Shown: positions 8,657-16,803 of the stretch, one piece after another | How the letters are laid out: every line of letters starts with the position of its first letter | Position numbering within the stretch: the first letter of the stretch is position 1 | DNA from: a virus | Taxonomy: Duplodnaviria; Caudoviricetes | DNA length: 37,609 bases | Reading direction: 5' to 3' (one strand) | IMG/VR virus record: IMGVR_UViG_3300048850_000019 | Span: 1-37,609 of that record | Notes under the pieces: model-generated | Told to the model about the DNA's origin: nothing | Seen by the model: the letters and a program-made list of their open reading frames with translations, nothing else | Databases searched by the model: none | Program-made: the position numbers and the translations under genes

Positions 8657-8699
8657 GTACGTTTTGTACGATTTTTGTTGCGGCGGTCATTTTGTACGA
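8629..8699. promoter_or_regulatory. Left operators OL1-3
   Basis: TCGTAC-GCTTT-GTACGA (8629-8645), AAGTAC-GTTTT-GTACGA (8655-8671), GCGGTC-ATTTT-GTACGA (8683-8699). Confidence 0.85.
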
Positions 8700-8712
8700 C
8701 TACAACGCGTCA

Positions 8713-8930
8713 TCGAAGCGGCGACCCGGTGCAACTCCGGTGCAGGTGCAGCCGCAGGCGCGGGAAGCGAAAGTCCTACCGTGCTGCCTGAAAGTGAGGA
8801 CGGATTGCCGAGAGGCGTTCTGCCAATGTGACCGACCGACCGACGGTTCTTGTCGCAGGCATGGTTTCCCCGGCCTCATGGTGAAAGCCATGGGGTAGGG
8901 GGAAGCTTTGCCTAGCTCCCTCCCTCACTC
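8713..8930 (+). ncRNA. Putative structured ncRNA of unknown family in the immunity region
   Basis: At least six helices, three GNRA tetraloops and a T-loop-like hairpin, all read on the + strand; candidate promoter TTGCGG-N17-TACAAC at 8678-8706. Confidence 0.65.
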
Positions 8931-8968
8931 AAGTTCTTGGACGGTGTTCTACCGTAGAAGAAGGGTCT

Positions 8969-9586
8969 CTACACGTCGATCAAAATTCGACGGACCCTGC
9001 CGAACACGTACAGGTCCCCATCGACCGGTATCGAAAGATGATCGGGGTTCGTTGAGTAAGGCTGGATGCTTTCGACCGGCTTCCGCTTGTAACGCTTGAA
9101 CGTGGCTTGGCCTTCCTCAAGCGAAAATATGTAGAACCGGCCATCCACAAGCTTATCGTCGGCGCGATTGACCAGAAGCGTAGCGCCGTCGGGAGCAATT
9201 CTGTTCATCGAGTCGCCTTCGACACCAAGTGCGATCCAATCGCCCGCTGGCATATCAGCCACTTCTATCCAACGCTCGATGTCAGCAGCGGTCACACCAG
9301 GCTGTTCCCGTAGCCCGCTTGCGCTGACCATGGAAACCATGGGCACTCTGATGACGCCAGTGAACTCCATGTCCTTCCGCTCGCCAAAGAGTATCCAGCC
9401 CGGTTCGACGCCAAATGCTTTGCCATATCTCTCGGCTGCACCCTTCGAGATTTTCCGGTTGCCGTTCTCGTGGCTGATAAGCGTGTTTTGGTTGATCTCG
9501 CGGAACGCGCGAGCTGCATCGCTCGGGCTCTCAAAGCCAGCGTTGGCGCGCGCTTCCTGAAGGCGGTGCTTGGGCTCAATCTGCAT
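8969..9586 (-). CDS. cI: CI-type repressor (Xre HTH + S24 peptidase)
   Basis: RLQEARANAGF..SDAARAF..NTLISHENG; VSASG cleavage region; VEGDSM (Ser) and ATFKRY (Lys) dyad. Confidence 0.93.
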   Translation of the reverse strand: MQIEPKHRLQEARANAGFESPSDAARAFREINQNTLISHENGNRKISKGAAERYGKAFGVEPGWILFGERKDMEFTGVIRVPMVSMVSASGLREQPGVTAADIERWIEVADMPAGDWIALGVEGDSMNRIAPDGATLLVNRADDKLVDGRFYIFSLEEGQATFKRYKRKPVESIQPYSTNPDHLSIPVDGDLYVFGRVRRILIDV

Positions 9587-9587
9587 G

Positions 9588-9665
9588 TCGTACAGACTGC
9601 CTCAAACCAATCGTCCAAGGTGTACGATTTTTCGCTTGTAGTTGCGTCGTACGTATTGTACGACG
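9588..9665. promoter_or_regulatory. Right operators OR1-3 with PR/PRM
   Basis: CG-TCGTAC-GTATT-GTACGA-CG (9645-9665), TCGTCC-AAGGT-GTACGA (9611-9627), half site TCGTAC (9588); PR candidate TTGTAG(9636)-N17-TACGAC. Confidence 0.85.
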
Positions 9666-9672
9666 TGCAGCC

Positions 9673-9909
9673 ATGGAACAGACACCGACCACGATTTCCG
9701 ACCTTATCGCTAAGTGGGACACCATCGGCGACTTCGCTGTTGATGTCGGCTGTGGGTACGAGGCTGCCCGGCAAATGCGCCGACGCGAGAGCATCGCTCC
9801 CGAGCATTGGGGCAGGGTTGTTGATGCCAGCAAGAAGCGTGGCGTCTCCGGCGTGTCTTTCGAATGGCTCGCCAAACGTCGAGCATCCCAGCCGGAGCGA
9901 GCCGCATGA
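9673..9909 (+). CDS. cro: Cro-like repressor
   Basis: Divergent from cI; TISDLIAKW..IGDFAVDVG..YEAARQMRRRESIAPEHW. Confidence 0.8.
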   Translation: MEQTPTTISDLIAKWDTIGDFAVDVGCGYEAARQMRRRESIAPEHWGRVVDASKKRGVSGVSFEWLAKRRASQPERAA

Positions 9910-10568
9910 ACATGATCGCCCCAATCAGCGCGGCTTCGGCGCGTCTCCCGCAGACCTACGAGAACGCAAAGAACGCTCTCGCCTCCTGTGCACAACTGGA
10001 TGAATGCCAGTCGTGGGCCGACAAGGCCGCTGCTCTCGCGTCCTATGCCAAGCAGGCAAACGATGATGAGATGATGAAGATGGCGACCCGCATTCGGGAC
10101 CGCGCCATCCGCCGCGCTGGGGAACTGCTCAAGCAGATCGAGCCAGCAAAGCCGGGACCGAAGCCCGAGATAGGTATGGGCGACCATACTCAATTGGGTA
10201 GGCAAGCGGCGGGCGAACAGGCTGGGCTTTCGAAGCACCAGCAAGTTCAGGCGATCCGCGTTGCCAACGTTCCCGACCAAGATTTCGAGCGCCAAGTTGA
10301 AAGCCAGAACCCGCCAACGGTCACGGCCCTTGCGGATCAAGGCAAGAAGGCCGCCCCGCGCCCCGTCATCGACTTGCAGGGCCGCGACCCCAACGAGTTC
10401 AACCGCTCTCTGCATTTCGTGGCTGAGTTCGAGGACTATGCGCGCGCCGTCGAGCGCTTTGACTTGGACCGCATTCTCCCCGGCTTGTGCAAGATCGAAG
10501 CCGTCCGCGTCCGCAATGCCATCGGCAAGATCGACGCCATCCACGACCGCATCATCACGAGGATTTAG
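9906..10568 (+). CDS. Conserved-looking phage helical DNA-binding protein
   Basis: ATG 9906 overlaps cro stop; YENAKNALA..LDECQSWADKAAALASYAKQAND..RAIRRAGELL; AGLSKHQ HTH-like segment. Confidence 0.75.
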   Translation: MNMIAPISAASARLPQTYENAKNALASCAQLDECQSWADKAAALASYAKQANDDEMMKMATRIRDRAIRRAGELLKQIEPAKPGPKPEIGMGDHTQLGRQAAGEQAGLSKHQQVQAIRVANVPDQDFERQVESQNPPTVTALADQGKKAAPRPVIDLQGRDPNEFNRSLHFVAEFEDYARAVERFDLDRILPGLCKIEAVRVRNAIGKIDAIHDRIITRI

Positions 10569-10571
10569 AGC

Positions 10572-11009
10572 ATGGACGACACCAGCATCACGTCGGAAAT
10601 TCATCGCCTGATTGATGACAAGATCGCGTCGGGCGTTCTGGTCCAGACACACTGGATTGCGCACGAAGTCCTTGGGCAGCACGACGACATCGAAGGCGAC
10701 GACGCCGACTGGTATCGCGTCTGCACCTTCAAGGAAGTGTGCCGGATCGCAAAGTCGGCCATCGGCAAGTACCGTTCCGATGAGGTCACCAACGATCAGC
10801 TTATCCTCCCGGGCTTTACGCATCTATGCAAAGCGTACCCGCTTTCGCGTGACGCCGAGCTCGTTCTGGTCCCTGTCGATCAGTGCACCGACGACGAGCT
10901 TCTGACCCGCGCCGCCGAACTGGACAAGATGGCGAAGGGCTGCGTTGCCCATGCTCGCGAGCTTCGCGAGTACGTCAACGCGCGCTGCCAGATGAGCATG
11001 GTGGCCTGA
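10572..11009 (+). CDS. Hypothetical protein
   Basis: 145-aa ORF in operon. Confidence 0.75.
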   Translation: MDDTSITSEIHRLIDDKIASGVLVQTHWIAHEVLGQHDDIEGDDADWYRVCTFKEVCRIAKSAIGKYRSDEVTNDQLILPGFTHLCKAYPLSRDAELVLVPVDQCTDDELLTRAAELDKMAKGCVAHARELREYVNARCQMSMVA

Positions 11010-11010
11010 C

Positions 11011-11256
11011 ATGCTGCCGATAGTCGCCATTCCTCTTGCCAAGCGTCGGGGCGTCTTTGCGCCTTGCCGGTGGTGCGAAGGTGCCGTTGGCCGCATCGAA
11101 GATTGCCCCGCTGCGGGGCCGGTCAATGCTATCGGCCGGATGATCTGTGAAGCCTGCGGACGCCAGACCGGATGGGCCAACCATCGCGCCGTCCGTCGCG
11201 CTGAGCGTGTCTCGCTGTATCGCGCTCCCGCCTCCCAGCCTGAGGTCGCATCATGA
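11011..11256 (+). CDS. Hypothetical Zn-finger protein
   Basis: CRWC...CEAC. Confidence 0.6.
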   Translation: MLPIVAIPLAKRRGVFAPCRWCEGAVGRIEDCPAAGPVNAIGRMICEACGRQTGWANHRAVRRAERVSLYRAPASQPEVAS

Positions 11257-11591
11257 GCGACTTCTTCAACCGTCGCGATCTCGTCGCGCGCAAGCCGCAT
11301 CGTTGCGACCAGTGCCGCAAGATGATCCCTGTGGGAGAGCGCCACACCTATTCTGCGGGTCGCTTCGATGGTGATTTTCAGACCTCGCGCGAACACATCG
11401 AATGCCGTGAAGCCTGGATTGAACTGGCCCGGGTTCGCGAAGTCGATTGGTGGGATCCGCGACCGTTCCTGTTCGATGACGAACTTGAGCGCGAAGACCG
11501 CGAGTGGCTGAAATCGGCTCATCCGAGCGTTGCCTCGCGCCTTTTTGCCGCCCCGCCCGCCACCACCACCCAACCACAAGCGGTGTCATAG
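11253..11591 (+). CDS. Hypothetical Zn-finger protein
   Basis: ARKPHRCDQC..IPVGE...HIEC. Confidence 0.7.
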   Translation: MSDFFNRRDLVARKPHRCDQCRKMIPVGERHTYSAGRFDGDFQTSREHIECREAWIELARVREVDWWDPRPFLFDDELEREDREWLKSAHPSVASRLFAAPPATTTQPQAVS

Positions 11592-11593
11592 CC

Positions 11594-12037
11594 ATGAGCG
11601 AGAAGAATATCCCCTCCGACATCCGCGAAGTAGCTGATCAGCTTGCCATCCGTCTGCGCTTTGATCTCGCGGGCATCAGCCGAGCGGCCGCAACCGTCTG
11701 GGCGACCGATGGTGCGATTGCCCGCGTCAACGACGCCTTCGCTGAAGCCATCCTCGCAGAACGCCAGAAGCATGAGCGCCCCGCATCTCCCGACCTCCAG
11801 GCAGAAGCCGAGCGCGTGTTCGCTGACGTGCAGCGCGAGGTGCTGCTTGAGGACGCCAAGGCGGTGATCGCCAAGGCTTTGCAGGCGGCAGAGCAGCGCG
11901 GCAAGGACACCGCCGGCGCGAAGTACCTCAACGTGATCACCGAGATTGACTGGCTGGAGGGCTACACCGGCGAACGCGCCTTCCACGCTAGCGCCATCAA
12001 AGCCGCGATCATCAAGCGCCTTTTGGCGGGGGCCTAA
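11594..12037 (+). CDS. Hypothetical protein
   Basis: Start MSEKNIP at 11594. Confidence 0.65.
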   Translation: MSEKNIPSDIREVADQLAIRLRFDLAGISRAAATVWATDGAIARVNDAFAEAILAERQKHERPASPDLQAEAERVFADVQREVLLEDAKAVIAKALQAAEQRGKDTAGAKYLNVITEIDWLEGYTGERAFHASAIKAAIIKRLLAGA

Positions 12038-12040
12038 CCC

Positions 12041-12619
12041 ATGTCCGAAGCCACGCAAACCGTAGCCGCCAGCCAGCTTCAGCATATCCCAAACCTGGCC
12101 CGTCTTGGCCGGGAGAGATTTGATTACGATCCATCGACGGGCCTTTTGACCTGGCGAGATCCGGGCCCGGCTGCATTCCAAACCCTCAAGGGCTATCGCA
12201 TCTTCAAGCGTAAGTTCGCGGGGAGACCTGCGGGTGCCATCAAGAAGTCCTCTGGGTATGTTCTGGTTTGCGTGCTTGGCCGGTCTATCCTCGCCCATCG
12301 GATTATCTGGGCGATGGTCCACGGCTACGACCCGATCGACTGCATTGATCATCGCGATCTGTGCAAATCCAACAACCGCATTGAAAACCTGCGGGAGGCT
12401 ACCCGCAGTCAGAACAGCATGAACATCGCGTTGCGGGCTGACAATAGCTCCGGCGTCAAGGGAGTGCACTGGCATAAAGCCACGGGGAAATGGGCTGCTG
12501 CCATCCGCACAGGTGGTAAATCGAGCCACCTCGGCATTTTCCCGACGGTCGAAGAAGCTGCCGCTGCCCGGCAATATGCTGCGCGTCAGCTTCACGGCGA
12601 ATTTGCGAGGGTTGCATAG
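12041..12619 (+). CDS. HNH endonuclease with C-terminal AP2 domain (homing-endonuclease-like)
   Basis: LAHRIIW..IDHRD..KSNNRIENLREATRSQN; SSGVKGVHWHKATGKWAA..HLGIF.TVEEAAAA..LHGEFA. Confidence 0.9.
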   Translation: MSEATQTVAASQLQHIPNLARLGRERFDYDPSTGLLTWRDPGPAAFQTLKGYRIFKRKFAGRPAGAIKKSSGYVLVCVLGRSILAHRIIWAMVHGYDPIDCIDHRDLCKSNNRIENLREATRSQNSMNIALRADNSSGVKGVHWHKATGKWAAAIRTGGKSSHLGIFPTVEEAAAARQYAARQLHGEFARVA

Positions 12620-13072
12620 ATGCTCTCCTCCAAAGCCCTCAAAGACCTGTTCGCCGAAGCCCGCCCGATCATCGAGCGCCAGCTTGACGACGCCGAACTG
12701 ATCGCTGGCCTGCGCGAAGTCGTCACTGCTCAAGGCGGTGATTGGTCCTCGCTCAAGGCTTTGCTCAAAGCGCAGATCCAGGACGAGCGCGACGAGGCAG
12801 GCGAAGGCAAGCGCGTCCGCAAGATCCTCGACAAGGCCGACTACTCCGCAGCCTACGCTGATCTGCTCGGGTTCAATATGAACGAGAATAATAATTCTGC
12901 CGACGAGTTCGACATCGAAACCGGCGAGTTCACCCATTCCGAACAGGCGCGTGCATCCTCCCGCGCGTCTCAGGCCGATCCAGTTCAATCCCTTGGTAAC
13001 CGGGCTGGATCGGCCGACCAATTCAACGACACAGGTCCGCATGTCTTCTCCGATAGCGAGGTGACGCAATGA
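12620..13072 (+). CDS. Hypothetical protein, possibly distant GapR/DUF2312-like nucleoid protein
   Basis: Helical ARPIIER..GGDWSSLKALLK..QDERDE..AYADLLG pattern plus acidic tail; resemblance is weak. Confidence 0.4.
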   Translation: MLSSKALKDLFAEARPIIERQLDDAELIAGLREVVTAQGGDWSSLKALLKAQIQDERDEAGEGKRVRKILDKADYSAAYADLLGFNMNENNNSADEFDIETGEFTHSEQARASSRASQADPVQSLGNRAGSADQFNDTGPHVFSDSEVTQ

Positions 13073-13260
13073 CCGGGCTGGTGTCATTCGCTGGTTCTGA
13101 TCGTTCTGAGCGCCAGCTCGCGGCCAAGCCAACAGTGCTATCTCGTATGCAGGTGATGTTCCGCGCCGGCGCCGACACGGCGGATATCGCCGAGGCGTTC
13201 AACCTGACGGAAGCCAACGTTTACAACCGTCTGGCTCGGGCGAGGGAACGCGCATGCTGA
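13069..13260 (+). CDS. Small HTH protein
   Basis: FRAGADTADIAEAFNLTEANVYNRL. Confidence 0.7.
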   Translation: MTGLVSFAGSDRSERQLAAKPTVLSRMQVMFRAGADTADIAEAFNLTEANVYNRLARARERAC

Positions 13261-13400
13261 TCGCGCTCGCCATCCTCATAGCCTTCTTCACCGGCCTCTA
13301 TCTCGGCCGCATGGGAGAGCAGCGCACGCAGAACCGCTTCCGCCCGGTGCCGACAAGCATCCGCTGTCACGTCCGGTACATCGAAGGAACGCGGGCATGA
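13254..13400 (+). CDS. Small membrane-anchored protein
   Basis: Own translation MLIALAILIAFFTGLYLGRMGEQ...; fills gap, coupled. Confidence 0.55.
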   Translation: MLIALAILIAFFTGLYLGRMGEQRTQNRFRPVPTSIRCHVRYIEGTRA

Positions 13401-13600
13401 TGTTCCTGGCTGCATACCTGTACCTCGCCGGCGCACTCGCTGTGTATCTCTACATTGATGAGGCAGTCGGCGGCATCGAACGGTCCGTGCCGCTCTTCTC
13501 GCTGGTGATTATCATTTGGCCGGCCTTCCTGCCGATCATCGTTATCGCGGCTGTGATCCATGAGATCATCAAGCTGTGGCAACGGCGGGCTGTTCGATGA
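13397..13600 (+). CDS. Small two-TM membrane protein
   Basis: Two hydrophobic stretches, IIWPAFL. Confidence 0.65.
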   Translation: MMFLAAYLYLAGALAVYLYIDEAVGGIERSVPLFSLVIIIWPAFLPIIVIAAVIHEIIKLWQRRAVR

Positions 13601-13929
13601 CCGCCTCAATCGTGTTGCCACGGCCAGCGGTGTATTCTCTCAAGCGGGAAGCGCAGCACTACGCACTCAGCGCGCTCCCCGCTCTTGACGGCTTGATTGC
13701 CGCCATTCCTCTGCGCCTTCGCGCGAAATTCCGCCGGTTTTACGCCGGCACGCTTAGCCATTCGCCGCTGCACATCTTCCACAACGCCTGCGGTGATCTG
13801 GCCAATTTCCTGCACGTCTCTGTCTCCTTCGTCGCTCGCTTCCATGAGGTGAAACTTACGGAAGGAAACCGAGCATGTCCGACAAACGGAATGTCGCCCG
13901 CGACAATTCAAGTGGCACCAGAAACATGA
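13597..13929 (+). CDS. Hypothetical protein (competing antisense ORF 13606..13911)
   Basis: ATGA coupling favours + strand; ambiguous. Confidence 0.35.
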   Translation: MTASIVLPRPAVYSLKREAQHYALSALPALDGLIAAIPLRLRAKFRRFYAGTLSHSPLHIFHNACGDLANFLHVSVSFVARFHEVKLTEGNRACPTNGMSPATIQVAPET

Positions 13930-14261
13930 CTACCGCAGTGCATAGAGCCGGTTTTTACCTCAACGAGCTGACGAAGCTTCAGCATCGTGGTCGGGGCGAT
14001 ACCTGGAGCGCGGCCCGCGATCGGGCAGCGAAGAAGGCCGGCATTCCACAATCATACGCCAAGCGCATCTGGGACCGCATCGACACCATGACCGATGTGT
14101 CCGGGGAAGCCCTCTACCGGCTTTACCTCGAATACCAAGCCAGCTGCGAACACCACGAAAACAAGGCAGCGGAATACCGCGCCGAACGGGAGGCAATCCG
14201 CAATGCGATGGCTGAAAGCGGGGCTCGTCCGAGCCTTCGAGAGAGTGCTGCTCGCGATTGA
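13875..14261 (+). CDS. Putative HTH regulator
   Basis: GGAAGGA RBS; GRGDTWSAARDRAAKKAGIPQSYAKRIW. Confidence 0.65.
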   Translation: MSDKRNVARDNSSGTRNMTTAVHRAGFYLNELTKLQHRGRGDTWSAARDRAAKKAGIPQSYAKRIWDRIDTMTDVSGEALYRLYLEYQASCEHHENKAAEYRAEREAIRNAMAESGARPSLRESAARD

Positions 14262-14289
14262 GCGGTGGAAGTGGAGGAGAAGGCGATGA
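14203..14289 (+). CDS. Small basic peptide
   Basis: MRWLKAGLVRAFERVLLAIERWKWRRRR, GGGAGG RBS, coupled to MTase start. Confidence 0.4.
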   Translation: MRWLKAGLVRAFERVLLAIERWKWRRRR

Positions 14290-14960
14290 CGGCATCAGCA
14301 AAAGGTCTTTTTCGCGCGACCGGCAAGACATCCAAGCCGGTCCCTGTGTTGATGCTTGACGGCAGCTATTCCAAGGCCGATTCCTTGGAGCGGGAAAAGA
14401 ACGACTTCTACCCAACGCCGCCTGAGCCGACCCGCGCTTTTCTGCACGCCGAGATTGATCGCCTGCGCGACTTCGATGCGATCTGGGAGCCGGCGGCCGG
14501 TGACGGCGCCATGGCGCGCGAAATGGAATCGCTCGGGATGACCGTCCGCTGTTCGGACTTGGTTGACCGTGGATGCGAAGCCGACATCCGGTCGTTCTAT
14601 GACTTTCCGATTCCCGCAGCGCCGGCGATCGTCACGAATCCACCGTTTGATCAGTGCGGCTGGGGCAATGGCAAGGCGCGTTGGCTGAAGCACGCGCTCG
14701 ACACCCTCGACGTTGAATACATGGCGCTGCTGCTCAACTGGTCGTGGCCGGGCGCCGGAGGACTCGCCCCGTTCTGGGCTGAGCATCCTGCCTCGCGCGT
14801 TTACCTCATGCGCTGGAAGATCGACTTCACCGGGCAGGGCGCACCTCCCATGCTCAACGGCTGGTTTGTCTGGGACAAAGAGCACCGCGGCGAAACGATT
14901 CTGCGCATGCTTGATCGCAAGGACGCGCGTCAATCCGAACTGTTCGGAGCCGCCGCATGA
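14286..14960 (+). CDS. Orphan DNA amino-methyltransferase (probably N6-adenine)
   Basis: DFYPTP, WEPAAGDG (SAM-binding), IVTNPPF (catalytic). Confidence 0.88.
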   Translation: MTASAKGLFRATGKTSKPVPVLMLDGSYSKADSLEREKNDFYPTPPEPTRAFLHAEIDRLRDFDAIWEPAAGDGAMAREMESLGMTVRCSDLVDRGCEADIRSFYDFPIPAAPAIVTNPPFDQCGWGNGKARWLKHALDTLDVEYMALLLNWSWPGAGGLAPFWAEHPASRVYLMRWKIDFTGQGAPPMLNGWFVWDKEHRGETILRMLDRKDARQSELFGAAA

Positions 14961-15070
14961 CCCGTCACCCCCTCCATAGCGCTTCATGGACGCTCATCAT
15001 CGGCTTGGCTCTTACAGGCTTTGTGTCCTGGCTGTTCGGCTGGGTGTGCCTCCAAGGAGGTGCGCAGTGA
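14957..15070 (+). CDS. Small membrane peptide
   Basis: MTRHPLHSASWTLIIGLALTGFVSWLFGWVCLQGGAQ, coupled both ends. Confidence 0.5.
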   Translation: MTRHPLHSASWTLIIGLALTGFVSWLFGWVCLQGGAQ

Positions 15071-15291
15071 CCGACCGTCTCGCACACTCCCGCATGGTTG
15101 ATGGCCTGAGCAAAGCGATTTGGTCAAAGGAGACGTGGATCAAGACGTTCTCGGTCGCTGATCGCGGACGGCCGGCACGCCCTGCGCACGAGATCGAGGA
15201 CGCTCAAGAGCTTCTGGCCGTGTTTCGCCAAGCGTTCGCTGACTATTCCATCGCCGCCCGCCGTGAGGCTGAGAGGCAGGAGGCGGCATGA
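15067..15291 (+). CDS. Hypothetical protein
   Basis: GTG start after AAGGAGGT RBS. Confidence 0.65.
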   Translation: MTDRLAHSRMVDGLSKAIWSKETWIKTFSVADRGRPARPAHEIEDAQELLAVFRQAFADYSIAARREAERQEAA

Positions 15292-15668
15292 AGAACAAAG
15301 CCTCATTCTGGGAAGAGAGCAATGTACAGTGCGCGATTGTCTCGCACCTGCGCCGCTTCTTGCCATCAACGTATCGCGTTATCTCGATCCCTAATGGCCG
15401 GTTCAAGGCCGAGCCGCGCACCATCGAGCGTTTGAAGCGGGAAGGGCTCACGCCCGGCGCGCCAGATCTTCTGCTGCTGCGAAATGACGGATGGTTTGCG
15501 GCGATCGAGGTGAAGGCGAGCAAAGGCCGTTTGTCCCCTGAGCAGGTCGAGTGGAGCGAGTGGCTGACCGCTGGCGCTGCAGAGATGGCCGTTGTTCGCT
15601 CAGTGGATGAGGCTCTGGAGATTGTCGCCGGCTGGGGCGTGCCCCTGAAGGGGAGGATCGCCGCGTGA
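15288..15668 (+). CDS. VRR-NUC PD-(D/E)XK nuclease (resolvase-like)
   Basis: SIPNG..LKREGLTPGAPDL..IEVKASKGRLSPEQ..VVRSVDEA. Confidence 0.9.
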   Translation: MKNKASFWEESNVQCAIVSHLRRFLPSTYRVISIPNGRFKAEPRTIERLKREGLTPGAPDLLLLRNDGWFAAIEVKASKGRLSPEQVEWSEWLTAGAAEMAVVRSVDEALEIVAGWGVPLKGRIAA

Positions 15669-16369
15669 AGCCTGACACTCTTCGTAAGCTGTCTGCACTT
15701 GGCCTATCCGTCGAACAGATCGCCGGCGTTCTCGAAATCATGGAAGCCGAGGCTGAGCAGGGCAAGGAAAAGGCCCGCGCTCGCTGGCGGAAATGGAAGG
15801 AAGGGCAGGAGCCTAACGTTAGCAAACGTTTGCAAACGACTGCCAATGTTAGCAAACAACTCGTACGCGCAGAAGGTAGTTCTTCTAAGACAGAGATAAC
15901 TGGACAGGTTGAAAAAGAAGATGCGGGCAAGCCGCGTCGGTTGTCGAAAAAAGAGCAGGACGTTGCAGAGTTCAGGGCCGAGTTCGAGCCTCACCTATCC
16001 GCCAAGCTCCTAGACGAACTGGTCAAGCAGCGCACCGCCCGCAATGCCACCTTGACGGGTTACGCCGGCCAGCTTCTCCTCAAAGCCTTTTCCCGGTGCG
16101 GGCTATCCCCGGCCGAAGGCGCTGACATGTGCGTCGAGCGCAACTGGACCACCATCAAACCAGACTGGATCGCCCAAAGCGGATCGACGCGCAGAGCGCC
16201 ATCCGAACCCGATCTTTCTCACCCCGGCGCTTTCGCCGCCCACAAGCTGAAACTCAACGGAGAGAACCATGCTCCCGACTTTGCAACAGGACGTTTGGAC
16301 CAAAGCGACCGCAGCCGAGATCGACCAGACCCTTATCTCGATGCGCTCCTTATCGGCAAGGCACACTGA
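15665..16369 (+). CDS. Replication initiator (lambda O position)
   Basis: KARARWRKWK, internal iterons, C-terminal ERNWTTIKPDW. Confidence 0.7.
   Translation: MKPDTLRKLSALGLSVEQIAGVLEIMEAEAEQGKEKARARWRKWKEGQEPNVSKRLQTTANVSKQLVRAEGSSSKTEITGQVEKEDAGKPRRLSKKEQDVAEFRAEFEPHLSAKLLDELVKQRTARNATLTGYAGQLLLKAFSRCGLSPAEGADMCVERNWTTIKPDWIAQSGSTRRAPSEPDLSHPGAFAAHKLKLNGENHAPDFATGRLDQSDRSRDRPDPYLDALLIGKAH
15813..15860. repeat. Replication origin iterons (10-bp period)
   Basis: AACGTTAGCA AACGTTTGCA AACGACTGCC AATGTTAGCA within initiator, followed by A-rich tract. Confidence 0.75.
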
Positions 16370-16802
16370 CGTACCGGCTTTGAGCAACGCGGCCTATCAC
16401 GTCGGACTGTCAGGCGTGACGCGCTATGCCCTCTCGGAATGCGTCAAGGGCGTGTTCCAGAACAAGCTCGGACATCGGTACTTTCCAGATCCGCAAGAGA
16501 TGCGCCGCCTTTGTGACCAAGCCATGCAGCCGCACGAACAACAGCGGGAGCGGGAACACCGTCAGCGCCGGCTGGAGCAGGAAGCGGCCCAACATCGGCC
16601 CAAGGCAACTGTGACGCCAGAAGCGCGGGCCCGGTCGCTCAAGCGCTACCAAGAATACTGCGCCACCTACGAAGCGGCCAAGAAGAAGGGCGACGATGCG
16701 GCCGAACGAGCCCGCATCCGCGCCGAGTACGGGCTGACTGATGACGCGCTTTCGCGGGTGCCGAATGCACCAAACTCATTTCGCCAGATCGGGAGCAACT
16801 GA
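16269..16802 (+). CDS. Replication accessory protein (lambda P/helicase-loader position)
   Basis: GGAGA RBS; YFPDPQEMRRLC resembles the FPxPAE motif of phage loader-like proteins. Confidence 0.55.
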   Translation: MLPTLQQDVWTKATAAEIDQTLISMRSLSARHTDVPALSNAAYHVGLSGVTRYALSECVKGVFQNKLGHRYFPDPQEMRRLCDQAMQPHEQQREREHRQRRLEQEAAQHRPKATVTPEARARSLKRYQEYCATYEAAKKKGDDAAERARIRAEYGLTDDALSRVPNAPNSFRQIGSN

Positions 16803-16803
16803 C

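Noticed and set aside
8700-8891. 63-aa minus-strand ORF downstream of cI as a rex-like gene
   Set aside because: No motif, weak RBS, atypical composition; extensive + strand pairing explains the region better, though translation is not excluded
11519-13132. 537-aa minus-strand ORF and similar long antisense ORFs (9576..10823, 21148..22641, 22788..23996, 24417..26039, 27967..29178, and plus-strand 3654..4562)
   Set aside because: Shadow frames opposite well-supported genes in high-GC DNA; no recognisable motifs
13254-13600. Holin/lysis cassette
   Set aside because: Small membrane ORFs lie in the early operon with no endolysin nearby; lysis genes probably lie beyond the right edge
14286-15668. 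Restriction-modification pair (MTase + PD-(D/E)XK nuclease)
   Set aside because: The nuclease is a standard VRR-NUC resolvase-type protein; orphan MTases are common in early regions
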